This document shows, one piece after another, positions 1-16,090 of a stretch of DNA of 64,000 nt. A program made the position numbers and the translations under genes. Source of the DNA: Octopus vulgaris (taxonomy: Eukaryota); NCBI GenBank assembly GCA_951406725.2, contig OX597832.1:33418001-33482000 (forward strand), written 5' to 3'. The notes beneath the pieces were generated by a model. The model worked only from the letters and a program-made list of their open reading frames with translations. It ran no database searches and was not told the origin of the DNA. How positions within the stretch are numbered: the first letter of the stretch is position 1; each line of letters starts with the position of its first letter.

Positions 1-703
1 CTGTCGGAGAGCGACTGATAACAGAAGAAATGCTTGAGGGCAATAACCATCAGTTCCTTAATGAAGATACGGTAACAAAATCCATTTGAAATTGAATAGA
101 TACAAGATAATGGTAAGGAAAAACTATAAATTTCTTTTGAATTCGTAATAAGAGCGAAGTGAGGATTTGAACTCAGAACAAAGAGCTTCTGGGGAAATTT
201 TGCAAAGAAATCTATTTTTCTAATGACTCAGACGTTTTCACCTTTAAGGAATTTCCATACAGATATGCAGACACGTACGCACACACACACACACACACAC
301 ATACAAACAAATATGCCAAAATGTATCTTACACACACACGTTATTATATGTGTGCGATTGCGTGTGCGTACACATATGTGTGGGTAGAATGCACACACAC
401 ACAAACATGCCAATATGTACCGTGTTTATGCTTGTGAACGTATGTTTGCATAGAAGTTATAGCAAACTGATCGATAAATATACTGATCCATATCTCTCTT
501 ATACCATTAATCGTTCAATAAAATATTCAACTAGGTTAAGCAACAAATAAATAGATTCTACATAAACTCTATTGTATAAAACTTACAATAAAATACACCG
601 TACAGATTACAGCAAAGTACCGCTCCCCATTTAAGAGGCAGACACGCGTTTTAACAGCCGAAACAAGGTTTGCGCTCTTCAAAATGTTGGTTAGAATTGG
701 AAA

Positions 704-986
704 AGCGATAAAGCGTGACGGCACCATTATCCCTCGCCTAACATCAAGAGCGATGCATTAATAGCTTCGTAATATATGGGAGGCCTTTCTGTCGCATCCT
801 GTATTTGGTGCACCATAAAATTTATAGTGAAGTGTATACTATAAAATAGCGATAAAGCGTGACGGCACCATTATCCCTCGCCTAACATCAAGAGCAATGC
901 ATTAATAGTTTCGTAATATATGGGCAGGCCTTTCTTTACCCCGCTCGCAAAAGCCTGTGAGTAGATTGGTGCACCATAAAATTTAT
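704..986. repeat. Imperfect tandem duplication, unit starts 144 bp apart
   Basis: AGCGATAAAGCGTGACGGCACCATTATCCCTCGCCTAACATCAAGAGC starts at 704 and again at 848; both units end near TTGGTGCACCATAAAATTTAT. Confidence 0.9.
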
Positions 987-1351
987 GATCACTGAAGTGC
1001 GTTTGACGTATGGCTGTCTATAAATATGTAAACGTGCGCGCGTCTGTTTTTGTCCCTAATCACCGCTTGGCAACCCATTTTGGTTTGTTTACGTCCCTGT
1101 AAGCTAGAAGTTTCATCAAAAGGGGTTGATAAAATATTAATGCTAGTGCTGATTCGTTCAACAAAAATTTTCCATGGAAGTGCCCCAGCATGGTCGAAAT
1201 CGAACACGTTGTATGTCTCTGGCCACTAGTTAATCGAAGTGAGAAAATTACTATTTTATCAATCGTGGTTTGAATTTACAATCGAAGCGAAACCAAGGTG
1301 AGGCAAAGAACGTGGTATATATATATATATATATATATATATGTTTAAATA

Positions 1352-2133
<782 letters not shown>

Positions 2134-2563
2134 TACACACAAATACACACTCACATACACACAAATTCACATACACACACCTATATATCTCGTCTGTCTT
2201 ATTGTACAGCTGTAAGACATTTTCTATTGTGTATAATATTATTTTGTCCTCCCCTCGCCCGTTGGAGCTTTTCCCTATAGCTCTGTGCTCTGGCGCTCCC
2301 GTTGATAAAAGTGGTCTTGGTTTTAAATACCGTGAAATCACTATGACCTCTCGGAAACCCTCTGATCAGTAAGTCATCTGCAAACGTTGCTTGTACCGTT
2401 TTCCTCATCCCTTTCCTATCGTTTTTTAAATTAGCAATCTTTCATGTATTTCTACTCATGAACATTTCTGAGAATCTGAGATTTATTCAGAATATTATCA
2501 AATTTTCTCGGTTATTGGAATTAATTGCAGCGATACTCAGACATGAAACTGATTTCTATTATC

Positions 2564-2915
2564 TTTTCCTTGTTTTAGTCTCTAGACTGCGGCCATACTG
2601 GGGCAACGCTTTGAAAATCTTTTGGTCGAATGAATCGAAACCAATATTTATTTTTCTTAAGCCTAGTACTTATTACACTGGCCTCTATTTCCGAATAGTT
2701 AAGATACGGGGACATGAACAGCGATAGGGATACAAAGACACACACACGCGCGCATATATGTTCACTACGGGCTTCATTCAATTTCCATCTACCAAATCCA
2801 CTCAGTAGGTTTTGGTAGGTTAGAGGCTATAGTAGCAGAAACTTGAACAATGTGCCACGCAGTGGTCTCGAACCCGAAACTATGCGACTGGCAAGCCATC
2901 TTCTCTCCACACAGC
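2564..2915 (-). mobile_element. SINE family B (tRNA-related head, CORE-like segment)
   Basis: Reverse complement has GGTTCGAGACC B-box, CACTGCGTGGCAC, GGATTTGGTAGA and CCCCAGTATGGCCGCAGTC, shared with the copies at 13362 and 44060. Confidence 0.8.
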
Positions 2916-3215
2916 AACGTAGCGTCAATATATTTATAGTTTAATTGAACTTATGTTTATCTCTCTTTTGTCTTTGTAGTATAATGTTACCGAAATCAGT
3001 AAGATATTTCCCAAATACATTAACCTATGACCTATGACATTTGACATAAGCAATATTTCAGCTGTATATTTCTTTCGGGTGACGAATGATTTATTTGAAT
3101 TCGTTATTTTTGCCAGAAGTCTATTTAATTAATCAAAAGGTGTTACCAGAGGTGTGAGGAAGAGTTTAAATATGCATTAAAATTCATATTATAAATGCTA
3201 CTCGTACGAGTAAAA

Positions 3216-3481
<266 letters not shown>

Positions 3482-4280
3482 GCAGCAGCAACCACAACAA
3501 AAACGACAGCATTAATATTAATTTTGAACGTGGGCAGAAGGCCAATTGAATTAATAATAAAAATAATATATATAAATGATAAATGCATTTATAATATAAT
3601 ATATTCTAATATAATATAATATGCGAATAGAATATTATATAATAAAACTTGTGCATGCGCGTGACATGCCTTTGCAAGTGTGTTTATGTACATAAGCATA
3701 CATTGTGTCAGATTTACCTTTTGCCAAAAATGGTCGCTTTTTGATGCTAAAATCTTCAAAAGAATTTAATAATCCCCATTCGAATAATTACCATTTATAA
3801 ATTTATTTATATCAAATTATGGCTGTGATGTCTATGCGAGCATGTAGATACATGCATGCATGTGTATGTGTGGGTGTGTATGAGTCTGAGTGTGTGTGTG
3901 TGTGGTTGTATATAGTTCCATGTGTGTTTTAAGCTTTCCTTTGTTTTAGTCCTCGTTTTATTGTTTTATATTCTTCTTTTGTTTGACTTTTTCTATGATT
4001 TTCATCAGATGTAAACATATTTCAATTTTTTTTTACCGTTTAAATGGCGGAGGTGTTTACAAACGTCAGAGTTTCAATCGTAGAATACAGAAGATATGAG
4101 GATGAAAAGAAATTTATTGCGTAAATTCACAAAAACACATACGAGACATATGCCTGAGTGTGTGTATATAAGTGTATGTGCGGGTGCGCGCGTCGATGTG
4201 CCTGTGCGGCAATATGTGTGTGTATGTGTGTAACACATGGCAGTCTGTCGGTATATAATGCGCACATACACATATACATA

Positions 4281-4528
<248 letters not shown>

Positions 4529-5409
4529 TTATACATACCCATCCATACATATGTATATATGCGTGTGTGATATGGAATATTACTATTGCTATTATCAAAG
4601 AATGCTTTGTATGAATCTCTCTCTGTATTGTATGTATGTTTATATGTGTGTTTGTATGTATGTGTGTATGCATGTATGTATGTGTGTATGTATGTATTCA
4701 TGTATGTATATGTGTGTGTATTCATGTATCTTTGTGTGCGTGTCAGTGTATATGGATGTTTAATGGATGTTTACACGTTTCTCGAAATTCTTTTGACATT
4801 GTAAATAGGGGCTTTAAACCGAGTCAATTTGATATAATTGTAATACAATAGCAGAAACTAGATAAATAAACAAATGTACCAGAAAAATAATCCAAATAAT
4901 AACACATTTGAGTTATTTAAAGCGCCATTTAATAATCACCGCCTCCATACATTCCACAGTGCTTAAATACGAACCCTCACGGAAACTATTACGTAACCAC
5001 CTACCATGCTAGACATAGCAGCTATATTACACTCTCTTTTTAGCAGTTATCGTCATGTAAATATGAGTTTGGGGACTACTTCTCCACACTGACCAATTCT
5101 GGTTTCTGACGCGGGGTTCTCTTTGTTGGGAAAGTAGTCCTATTTTTTTGGTAAAGTAAGAACAATTTGAACTAGGAACGGAATGAGCATGAACAGATCT
5201 CCTAAGTTGTCTCCGTCAAATCGGACGGTCTAACAGTTTTGCCATTCCATCTTGGTTGAAGAATTATCTTATTGACGCTGAGAAGTTGCAAGACAAATTT
5301 GACCGCTAAGGGTTCGAAATAAAAACCGTGGACAGGCGGAACGCATATCATAAAACCTTCCCTCCAACACTCTAACCATTCCTCGCAATTAAAACGTATA
5401 GAGTGATGG

Positions 5410-5698
5410 CATGAATGTGGTATTAAGAACTGTGCTTTGCAAGCACGTAATTTCGGTTTCAGTTCCACTGCATGGCATGCTGAGCGATTCTTCTATAGCC
5501 GAGAGCCGACTATTTTCTTATGGGCGGATTTTATCGACAGAATCTCGGCGAAATAACGTTGTGTGCGCGCGTAGAGAAAGATGTGTCTGCTTGTGTGTGT
5601 TTGTTCCCTGCCACTGATTGACGGCCAGTATTGGTTTGTTTACGTTCTCGTAATTAAGTGGTTTCGCAAACCTGACAGATAGCATAAATACCTGCGTT
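5410..5698 (+). mobile_element. SINE family B, diverged
   Basis: TTCAGTTCCACTGCATGGCA, TCTTCTATAGCC and GTTTGTTTACGTTCTCGTAA match the other family B copies. Confidence 0.65.
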
Positions 5699-5781
5699 AA
5701 AACAGAAACAACAACAACAATACCAACATCAACAACAACAACAACAACAACAACAATAATGATAAACGTAATAATAATCCC

Positions 5782-6200
5782 CTCTTCTTTCGACACAAGG
5801 CCTTCAATTCTGGAGCAGAGTGTTATTCGAAGACGACCCTGGATGATGAAAGGTAAAGTCGTCCTCGGTGGAATGTGACCTCAGGACGTAAAGACAGACG
5901 AAATGCCGATAAACATTTTGCCCTAGGTTTCCCAAGCTGTCAACCATCAAAGTACTAACTAGGGACTCGTTGTTGCTTAAGGAGAACCGGCCAGAAATTT
6001 TAACAAAAGGGATTTAGTCCATTAAATCGACCCCAGAATTTCTGTAGTATTATATTTCATACACACCGGAGAGAGGCAAAACAAAATAACTTTCGGCGGA
6101 ATGACACAGAGTATAAAGGGCCAGAATGTCACAGAATTAAACAGGGGCCAGAATTGTACTGCAATGCAGTTTGTTCGATGCGCGAACGAGTTTACCAGCA
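5782..6200 (-). mobile_element. Two degraded SINE family A fragments
   Basis: CACAAGGCC, GATGAAAGGTAAAGTCGTCCTCGGTGGAAT and ATCGACCCCAG match the reverse complement of the copy at 23428. Confidence 0.6.
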
Positions 6201-6449
6201 ACAATTGCGATCGGTATTATTCTCAAATTGAAGAAGCTCTTTTAAGGTGTTTCTCGACTTCCCAGTAGAAAGATCCTTATTATCAATTCTTTCACAAAAG
6301 TGATAATACAAGAATACACTTGGAAACGGAGTCCTAGGTACATTAATATTTAAAAACAAAATCTGTGTCATCTTTGATGTCCTCAAAACCAAACAACAAA
6401 ATTTACAGCTATTCCTAGCTACATCCTATCTACAATGTATGGCGAGATG

Positions 6450-7330
6450 TCAACGCTGCTGGTGATGCCGATGCGATGTTAATGTTTGTGGTTTTGGCAA
6501 TGACAAGGTTACGCTGAAGGGGCTGGTAAGACGATTGTAACGGTGGCTAATGATGATGGTAGCGTTGTTAGTAAGTTACAGAGGTGGTGTTGTTTGGCAG
6601 TGGAGTTGAAGATGACAGTGGTTGTCGTTGTGGTGAAGGCGTGTTGTGGAGGAAATGGGTTTTGATGGCAATAATTTTAGGGATGGAGGCAATAAGAGTG
6701 ATGACAGTGATGCTGCTAATCGTGATTTTAATGGTAAACATGTGCAGTAAGAAGAGCTTTAGCTTTGGACGTCAAAGATGATTGTGGCAATAGAATACGT
6801 AGTGGCGGTGATGAGTGGAGTCGGGTGGCGTCGGGTGTGGTCTATGAGGGCAATGGTTGATAGTGGAGCAATAGTAGTCGTCGTGGGTGGTCGTATTGGG
6901 AGCTAGTTGCTTAGTGATAATGTTAATATTGACAGTGGATTTGGGGATAGGGATGGAGGTGGTGGTATAGTTGTCGATGCTGGTGGTAGTATTGGTGGTG
7001 GTAGTGGCTGTTCTGCTGGTTTCATGGTAATAGAATTGTTAGTGGACTATGGTTGATAGCAGGGACTGTTGTGATGGAGGCACTGGTGGCTGTGATACAC
7101 ATGATGACGATGATGATGCTGATGATGATGATGATTATGATAGTGGTTGTGATACTGGTGGCAATTGTAAGGCTTTTGCCGACGGACATTATTGTAGACG
7201 AGAGAATGGTTATTGTTATAGCAGCAAAATGGGCTGCGATGGCTGCAATGAGAGTGGAATTGGTGGAGGACTTTGGTAAGCTGATATTTGTGGTAGTAAC
7301 AGAGGTAGTGATGTTGTTATTATCAGAATC
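6450..7330. repeat. Degenerate (GGT/GAT/GTT)n low-complexity tract
   Basis: G/T-skewed trinucleotide-like sequence with stops in all frames. Confidence 0.8.
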
Positions 7331-7740
7331 TTGCCTTTTTTTTTTCTTTTCTGTTTTTCTCGTTTGTTTTCCTCATCACCATGTTATTAGTGTCGGAGCA
7401 AGCAGCATGTTATATTGTGTTTATCATAAAGGGAGGAGCTACATCTGTTTCCTGTACAACGAATTAACATTATGCAAGCTATAGCAAGACTGTATATTCT
7501 CTTGTTATATTTCAATCTTTTATTTTGCCTTCATTTTTTTTAATTTTCTCCTGTTATAATAATAGCAATACTGACATTTACTGGAGATTGGAGATTCAGT
7601 TTTCCTTTTGCACACAAACATAAATGTATACACATATACATACATGGGTGTTTGTATGTATGTGTGTTTAAGCACACTTGTGTGTATAAATTCGTATATA
7701 TATATACATATATATATGTATATATATGTATATATATATG

Positions 7741-7774
<34 letters not shown>

Positions 7775-7788
7775 CATGCATGAATATG

Positions 7789-7833
<45 letters not shown>

Positions 7834-7837
7834 TGAA

Positions 7838-7877
<40 letters not shown>

Positions 7878-8879
7878 ATGCATGCATGCATACGCATATA
7901 CATACATGAACACATGAACACACATAAAATTGATAGTAATCATTTTTTTTAAAGCTATCATATCTCCATTCTGTCATATATCATGCGGAGACGCGCATTA
8001 GAATGAACATTATTAAGATGGAAACAATACCGTTCGCTCACAGAGTGATTTATTTAAATAATTATTTCATGTTTAGGAATTATATTTCCATTTTTTTCTC
8101 CTTTTCTTTTCTGCTTTTTATTCTCTCGTCCTCATTGTTTCGCTTCTCGTCTTCATGTAATAAAACTGATGCCAAATATTTTAACTAAATTGCTATGATG
8201 TTAACAGAATTCACTATCATGCTGGAAATAGATCGTGCATCACGCTGTTCCTCACGTTACCAGCTCACTCAATATTGATTTTTGCTTTGTTTGCTATTAA
8301 AGTATTTTTTGCTTCTAATTTATTGTAAGAATACAAAAAAAAACAACATAATAATAATTGGTTGTGATATACTCCACGTCGGTGCGTTGCGATTGCGAGA
8401 CGGAAACATCGTTATAAAAGCTCGATACGTAGTGAAGAAATTTCAACGTTCTCTTATTTCAGGCTCAAATTCGAAAACATCTCTGTGACAATATACAAAG
8501 TAAGAATCCAAATGTCACGAGTCTCGAGATGGTATGAGTCGTTAAGAGTTAATCTATAAAAACATCTACTCAAAATTTCAGTGATTTTACTTATGATCGG
8601 TGAAAAATCAAACGTTTCGAAGAATTGCCTTTCTTCATAAAAATGCAGTTACTAATATTACGTTTGCAGAAAGATGCCAGTTTATGGTCGAAGGAAGATA
8701 TAGAACAATTCCTGAAAAGACGAGTGAATGCATAGAGGTACTATCATTACCGCAAAACACATGCTGTAAACATTTATGTTGATGATGAGGAGGAGGCAAA
8801 GGGTGGTGTCGATGATGATATCGAAGACGGCTGCAGGCCCTTAAAAAATACGAATACAATAACATAGGTACATAATTTT

Positions 8880-9440
8880 AATAAATTCCATTTAACCAGC
8901 CGCAGAAAACTAAGTCATGTAAATGAAAACAATCTCTCCGTTGTCTGTCCGTTTGTTTGAAATTATGGCAATTTTGAAAAGGAAACCACGTACACAATAT
9001 GAGGGTGAAAGCAAATACACGATAAAGTTTTGCACAAAAGCTAGGATTTTGTCTTCTGTTTTGCTGAGAGAAAGAAGATGGACATAACTTTAGCAGTCTC
9101 ATGGCAATGTTGAAAACATTGCTTTCGGGTATTTCTTCCAACTCAGCTTCCTCAGTTTAGACACACCTCAGGCCAACTTTATCCATTAATGATCGGTAAA
9201 ACATTGCATCTGCCTGGAATTGGTGCCGAGGTTACCAAATGAATCATCACCATATCAGGATCTAAAAATAAAATGCACGTCAGGTACTTGGGTAATGTGA
9301 TGGACAAACACCTTCTCCCAAAGTTTCAGGCCTTGCTCCTATGGAAGAAAGGAGGATTACTTAGGAAGCAAGATGGCCAAAGATTTAGCAACGCCGAACG
9401 ATATCTTCAACAGCAATTGCTTCCGACTCCTCAGGCTCTG
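8880..9440 (-). mobile_element. Possible degraded hAT transposase C-terminus
   Basis: With a frameshift the minus strand reads CVRGF..QN near 8975-8995, resembling the CERGFS motif of the hAT dimerisation domain; weak. Confidence 0.3.
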
Positions 9441-9605
9441 ATTTCAAATAACATCGATATCATATATTCCATTCATCTTTTCTGGGGCGATGAAATAATT
9501 TCCAATCAAGTACTGGAGTAGAGGTAATCACATTAGTCCACGCCGCAAAATTGCTGGACTTGTGCATACTTTGGAATTAGTATAACTAATAATTGTAGTG
9601 ACTGT

Positions 9606-10045
9606 AATCTGTGGTATTGAGCAGAATATTTGTTGTAGGTGTAAGAGATGGGCTACAGTAAATATTCTGTTCAATACCACAGACTTTCGTGTCAGCCGTT
9701 TGACCATAACCAGTTAAGCATGTCCCTCAGTGGTTGATGATATGTACATCTCTGATCACGAGCAGAAGTAGTGGGGGAGCATCATAGCCATGTGTTGACA
9801 GGATTTTTTTTTTTTAGTTTGGATAATTTACCCAGGGAACCTTTTTATTCGGACGGGCTACTCAACATGAAAAAATCCTAACTGGGTCCCACCTGCAACG
9901 TCATACACTATTCATCTTCTCGCTCACGGATGGTTGTGATGCATGTGCCTCTTGTATTTTTATCTAACGTTTAGTCATGGTGGATATACTGGGCTTTGTA
10001 TATTTTATCCGTATCGCTTTGATGACATGCACTGCTCTATCACTC
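9606..10045. mobile_element. (AAT)n-associated non-coding element Y, copy 1 (left end missing, with inversion)
   Basis: Colinear with 53360-53830; ends TGCACTGCTCTATCACTC then (AAT)n. Confidence 0.85.
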
Positions 10046-11543
<1,498 letters not shown>

Positions 11544-11544
11544 G

Positions 11545-12150
11545 ATTAAAACAATAAGTAAATGAAAAATGACTGGTGATGGCAAAATTCCTGGTTAAGA
11601 AGGAATATATCCACAGACATTACTGATTTGGGACCTATATACAATGGGAGTGATGCAAACACTATAGAATGGCAAAAGGTAAAAGAGAGTATAGGCATAT
11701 GCCAGAAAAAATTCCCAAAATATGACAAACCAACAAATCTCTGGGATATGCTAATACACGCAGATAGAGAGACGAAGGTTAATAGAGCGGTTATAGTTGT
11801 CAGAGATCATGAAGATCATGTAATCGACGGAGAAACTCATACAATGAAAGGATATGGAAATAGAGATAACCTGATTGTGGAGTCTAAAAGGAGATACAAT
11901 CCCTATGATAGTAGATGCAAAAGGCATGAATAAAATAAATATACAGACAAATATATGACCAACACACCAGAACTTAGGGAAAATATTTAAACTGCAGAAA
12001 ATAGCACCGCTAAGCACCGCTCATATTTCTGTCTAACGCACTTTCAATACACTGAATATAACCAAACCATAACAAACCACAGTAAATACCCAAAGCACAC
12101 AGCGTTGCGCTCAGTAGTGCGGTGAAAGCACGTGATAAAAATAATACTGT
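11545..12150 (+). mobile_element. Dong/R4-clade LINE 3' end (restriction-like endonuclease region), degraded
   Basis: Across frameshifts: KKEYIHRH, LWDMLIHADRETKVNRAVIVVRDHE (cf. LWDxxIxTDRxIxANRPDIVV), QKIAPLSTAHI; (AAT)n on both sides, the known Dong target. Confidence 0.8.
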
Positions 12151-12456
<306 letters not shown>

Positions 12457-13361
12457 AGTATGCATAAGACCGTGACGATGTACTCTGTCAGCTCAAGCTC
12501 ATCGTATTATATTTTCCAGACGAGTTGATGTGTGTCACGATTGGAAATTCCTCTGTGAATTTGCATTGATTTCTTTAGAATCCATCCTTGTATAATACAT
12601 ATGTATTACATTGGTGCATATGCATGTGTGTGTGTGTGTGTGTATGTGAGAGAGAGAGAGAGAGAGATAGAGAGAGAGAGAGGTGGATTGTAAGCGATGC
12701 AGGGGGAACAGAAGAACCAATCATTTAAAATTAAATCGATTCTATTAATCAGAAATATTAACTGTTGCGCTATTACTTATTTAGTTGCAGGTTATTTCTG
12801 TTTGGGATTTGGTCGGGGAGGAAAATACTCTGGCGCTGTATTGCTATTGCTGTTGTTGCTGTTGTTGTTGCTGTTGTTGTTGATGCTTTTGTTGTTCCTG
12901 TAGTTGTTATTTATCTTGTTGTGTTCTTAGTTTCTACGTATGTGGGATTTTTAATTTCTTTTTTTCTTTTAATTTAATATATTTGTGCATTCTAACATGA
13001 TTAAGCAACGGAGGATATGAAATTGAAGTAAAATAAAACGAGAAAAATTGAATTAAAAATAAATATAAAAATCGTTAACAATATACGATGCATAAGATTG
13101 CACAACCAAATACACAATTCATACGCGAAGACATTTTAAAACACAAACACACAGACACGCACATACACGCACAAGCATGTTTACACACATTCATACAGAA
13201 CGAGAGGCATTCGTACTTTTACGGTTTCAAATGTCTGTGTAGAAAAGGTCGCATATATATATATATATATAGCGAACGACGTGTATGTATGCGAATGGAG
13301 ATACACAACACTACACGTGCACAACCACAGGCAGAGGTATAAGCAGCGATACATAATACAC

Positions 13362-13494
13362 GACTGTGAGGTAAGAAGATTACTTCCCAACGACAGGTTT
13401 CCTGGTTCAATCTCACTGCGTGGCACCTCGGAAAAGTGTCTTCTACTATATCCTCGGGTCGACGAAAACCTCTCTCTCCATACATACATGTATA

Positions 13495-13531
<37 letters not shown>

Positions 13532-13757
13532 ATGCGTGTCCTTGCGTCTGTGTTCGTTCTCCCACCATCTCTTGACAACCGATGTTGGTATGTTTACATC
13601 CCCGTAGCTTACCGGTTTGGCAAAAGGAACCGATATAATAAGTACCAAGCTTAAAAAAATTAATCTCGCGGTTGATTTATTCGATAAAATGGCGATGTCT
13701 GGAATGGCCACAGTGAAACGACTGAAACCTGAAACAAATAGGAGAATAAAAGAAAGA
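13362..13757 (+). mobile_element. SINE family B, near full length, internal (TG)n
   Basis: GGTTCAATCTC B-box-like, CACTGCGTGGCACCTCGGAAAAGTGTCTTCTACTATA, CTTGACAACCGATGTTGG, ATGGCCACAGT, A-rich tail. Confidence 0.85.
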
Positions 13758-14597
13758 ATATATATATATATATACACACCCACACAGAGATGGATATATG
13801 CTATTTCTTCTGTGTGTGTATAATTGATTGCGCAGGTTTATAAATGTGTGTATATAAATGTGTGTGTGTGTGTGTGTGTGTATGCATATATGTATATATA
13901 CACTTATTACATATAGAGGTAGAGATATTGCTATTTGCATGATTTAACATACAAATTAGCTTCTTTACATGCAAACTGAGAAACGATACACATTCTATGG
14001 CGCATGCGTCGTAGAGAAGAATTAATGTTGCAAAATATGCATAACATGCCGAGAGAACAAATACAGCAAGAGGTTTATATGTCTTTATATTTAATGAGTA
14101 TCATGTTAGCTTAGCTGAGAAGATAGATGCATTCTCACAACCAAGAAATTTTATGTGAGACGTTATGTCACTCTCCTACTGCATATGTATGTGTGTGTGT
14201 ATGCGTGTGTGTGTGTGTGTGCGTACGACAATAGATAATTTTTGCCTCTTTTTATGGAGACAAAACGGTTTATAAGACAGTAAGAAAGAAGTGCTCAAAG
14301 GTAATTGAGACAGAGCAAATATATATAAACAGAAAGACAACTAGTTTGAAATCTCCGAGCTAGAAATATGTAGAGTATATGCGCGGACAGTTGTATTACA
14401 TATTTTGTCTTTCACTTGTCTTTCCCATTCATTGATCTGAGCGTGTTCTGGGGCGACGAGAATGTGGGATGTATGGAACAAATCGACTCGGGCACATTTA
14501 GTTTTCAACCTGGTTATTGTTCCATGTGTGTGTGTAAGGGTTCGTGTCTGCGCGTGTATGTGTGCGTGAGTGAGCGCGCACGCGCTTGATCGCGAAC

Positions 14598-14727
14598 ATT
14601 TTTTATTTTTCAGTTTCTGTCTACCAAATCCACTCAGAATCTTTCGGTCAGTCCGAGAATACAGCACAAGACATGGCACTGAACCCGGAACAACAACGTT
14701 GTCTATCGAACCTCTTTCCGCACAGCC
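14598..14727 (-). mobile_element. SINE family B, 5' part
   Basis: CAGTTTCTGTCTACCAAATCCACTCA and ACTGAACCCGGAAC are reverse complements of family B motifs. Confidence 0.7.
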
Positions 14728-14765
14728 TAGACACAAGCAAAAACCAAAACACTTAGCTATGTCTA

Positions 14766-14919
<154 letters not shown>

Positions 14920-15567
14920 CCTGTGTGTATGTGTATACATATATATGTATACATATACATACATGTCTGTGTGTGCATGTGTGCGTGTGTGTGTGAGTTT
15001 GGATGGTTACATATATATATATAAAGGTATTTATATATGCATATGTATAAAATATATTGTATCCATTGTGATTATCTGTGTATTTTATAATATTTGGTTC
15101 TGAACAATTTCTAGAACTTGAAAAATAATTCAGATTCGAGCACTAAACTTCTATTGATATTTCGGTACCAAATTATTTCCAAAGTGTTCTTTTAATGTAG
15201 AAGGGTGCAACAATGGAATAGATATTTTAAACTACACAATGGAATAATCATTTTCTTTTGTGATTATCAAGCTTCAAAGAGACAAGTGCCAATGGCAACA
15301 AGATTGGTTAGAAAATTGGCCATAGTTTCACTTGCTTTGGGTGATAGCATGTTATTGTATGGCGTGGAAATGCAGGGTGTCGATGAAAAAATCTATAAGT
15401 GCGTGTGCGCGTATATATATATATATATATAGATACATACATACATAAATATATATAGATAGATATAGATATCTATATCTCTCAATCAATCTCTCTCTCT
15501 CTATATATATATATATACATAGAGAGAGAGATAAATAGATAGATAGGGAGATATCTTTGTATGTATG

Positions 15568-15605
<38 letters not shown>

Positions 15606-15654
15606 AGCATATATATATGTATATATATAGATAGATATATACATACATACATAT

Positions 15655-15713
<59 letters not shown>

Positions 15714-15919
15714 TACGCATATATTGATGTATATATTAGGTACATACGTATGATAATACGAGTTAGAGAGAGACGTGGGGTAAACATACATATGTGTATA
15801 TGACGAGCTATATTTCTATGTATTTCTAATCGACAGAGTTATAAATGTTTCTCTAAATACCGAAATTTTGTTCATTGAGTCACATTTGTAATTTCTAGTC
15901 AAACATTTTTCCTCCATTA

Positions 15920-16090
15920 GAGTCAAGGCCTGGGATTTCTGAAGTGCTGTGTTGCAGAAAATACATCTCGACTTATAATTATTTGACCGATCCCATAAGG
16001 ATGAAAGGTGACGTCGACTTTTTCAAACCGGAAGAAGTTCCACCCTGTATTTTGTTCAGTATGCCAACGATTCTGCTTGCCTCCTTCCAT
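15920..16090 (-). mobile_element. SINE family A, degraded
   Basis: CAAGGCCTG, AGGATGAAAGGTGACGTCGAC, GCCAACGATTCTGC. Confidence 0.6.
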
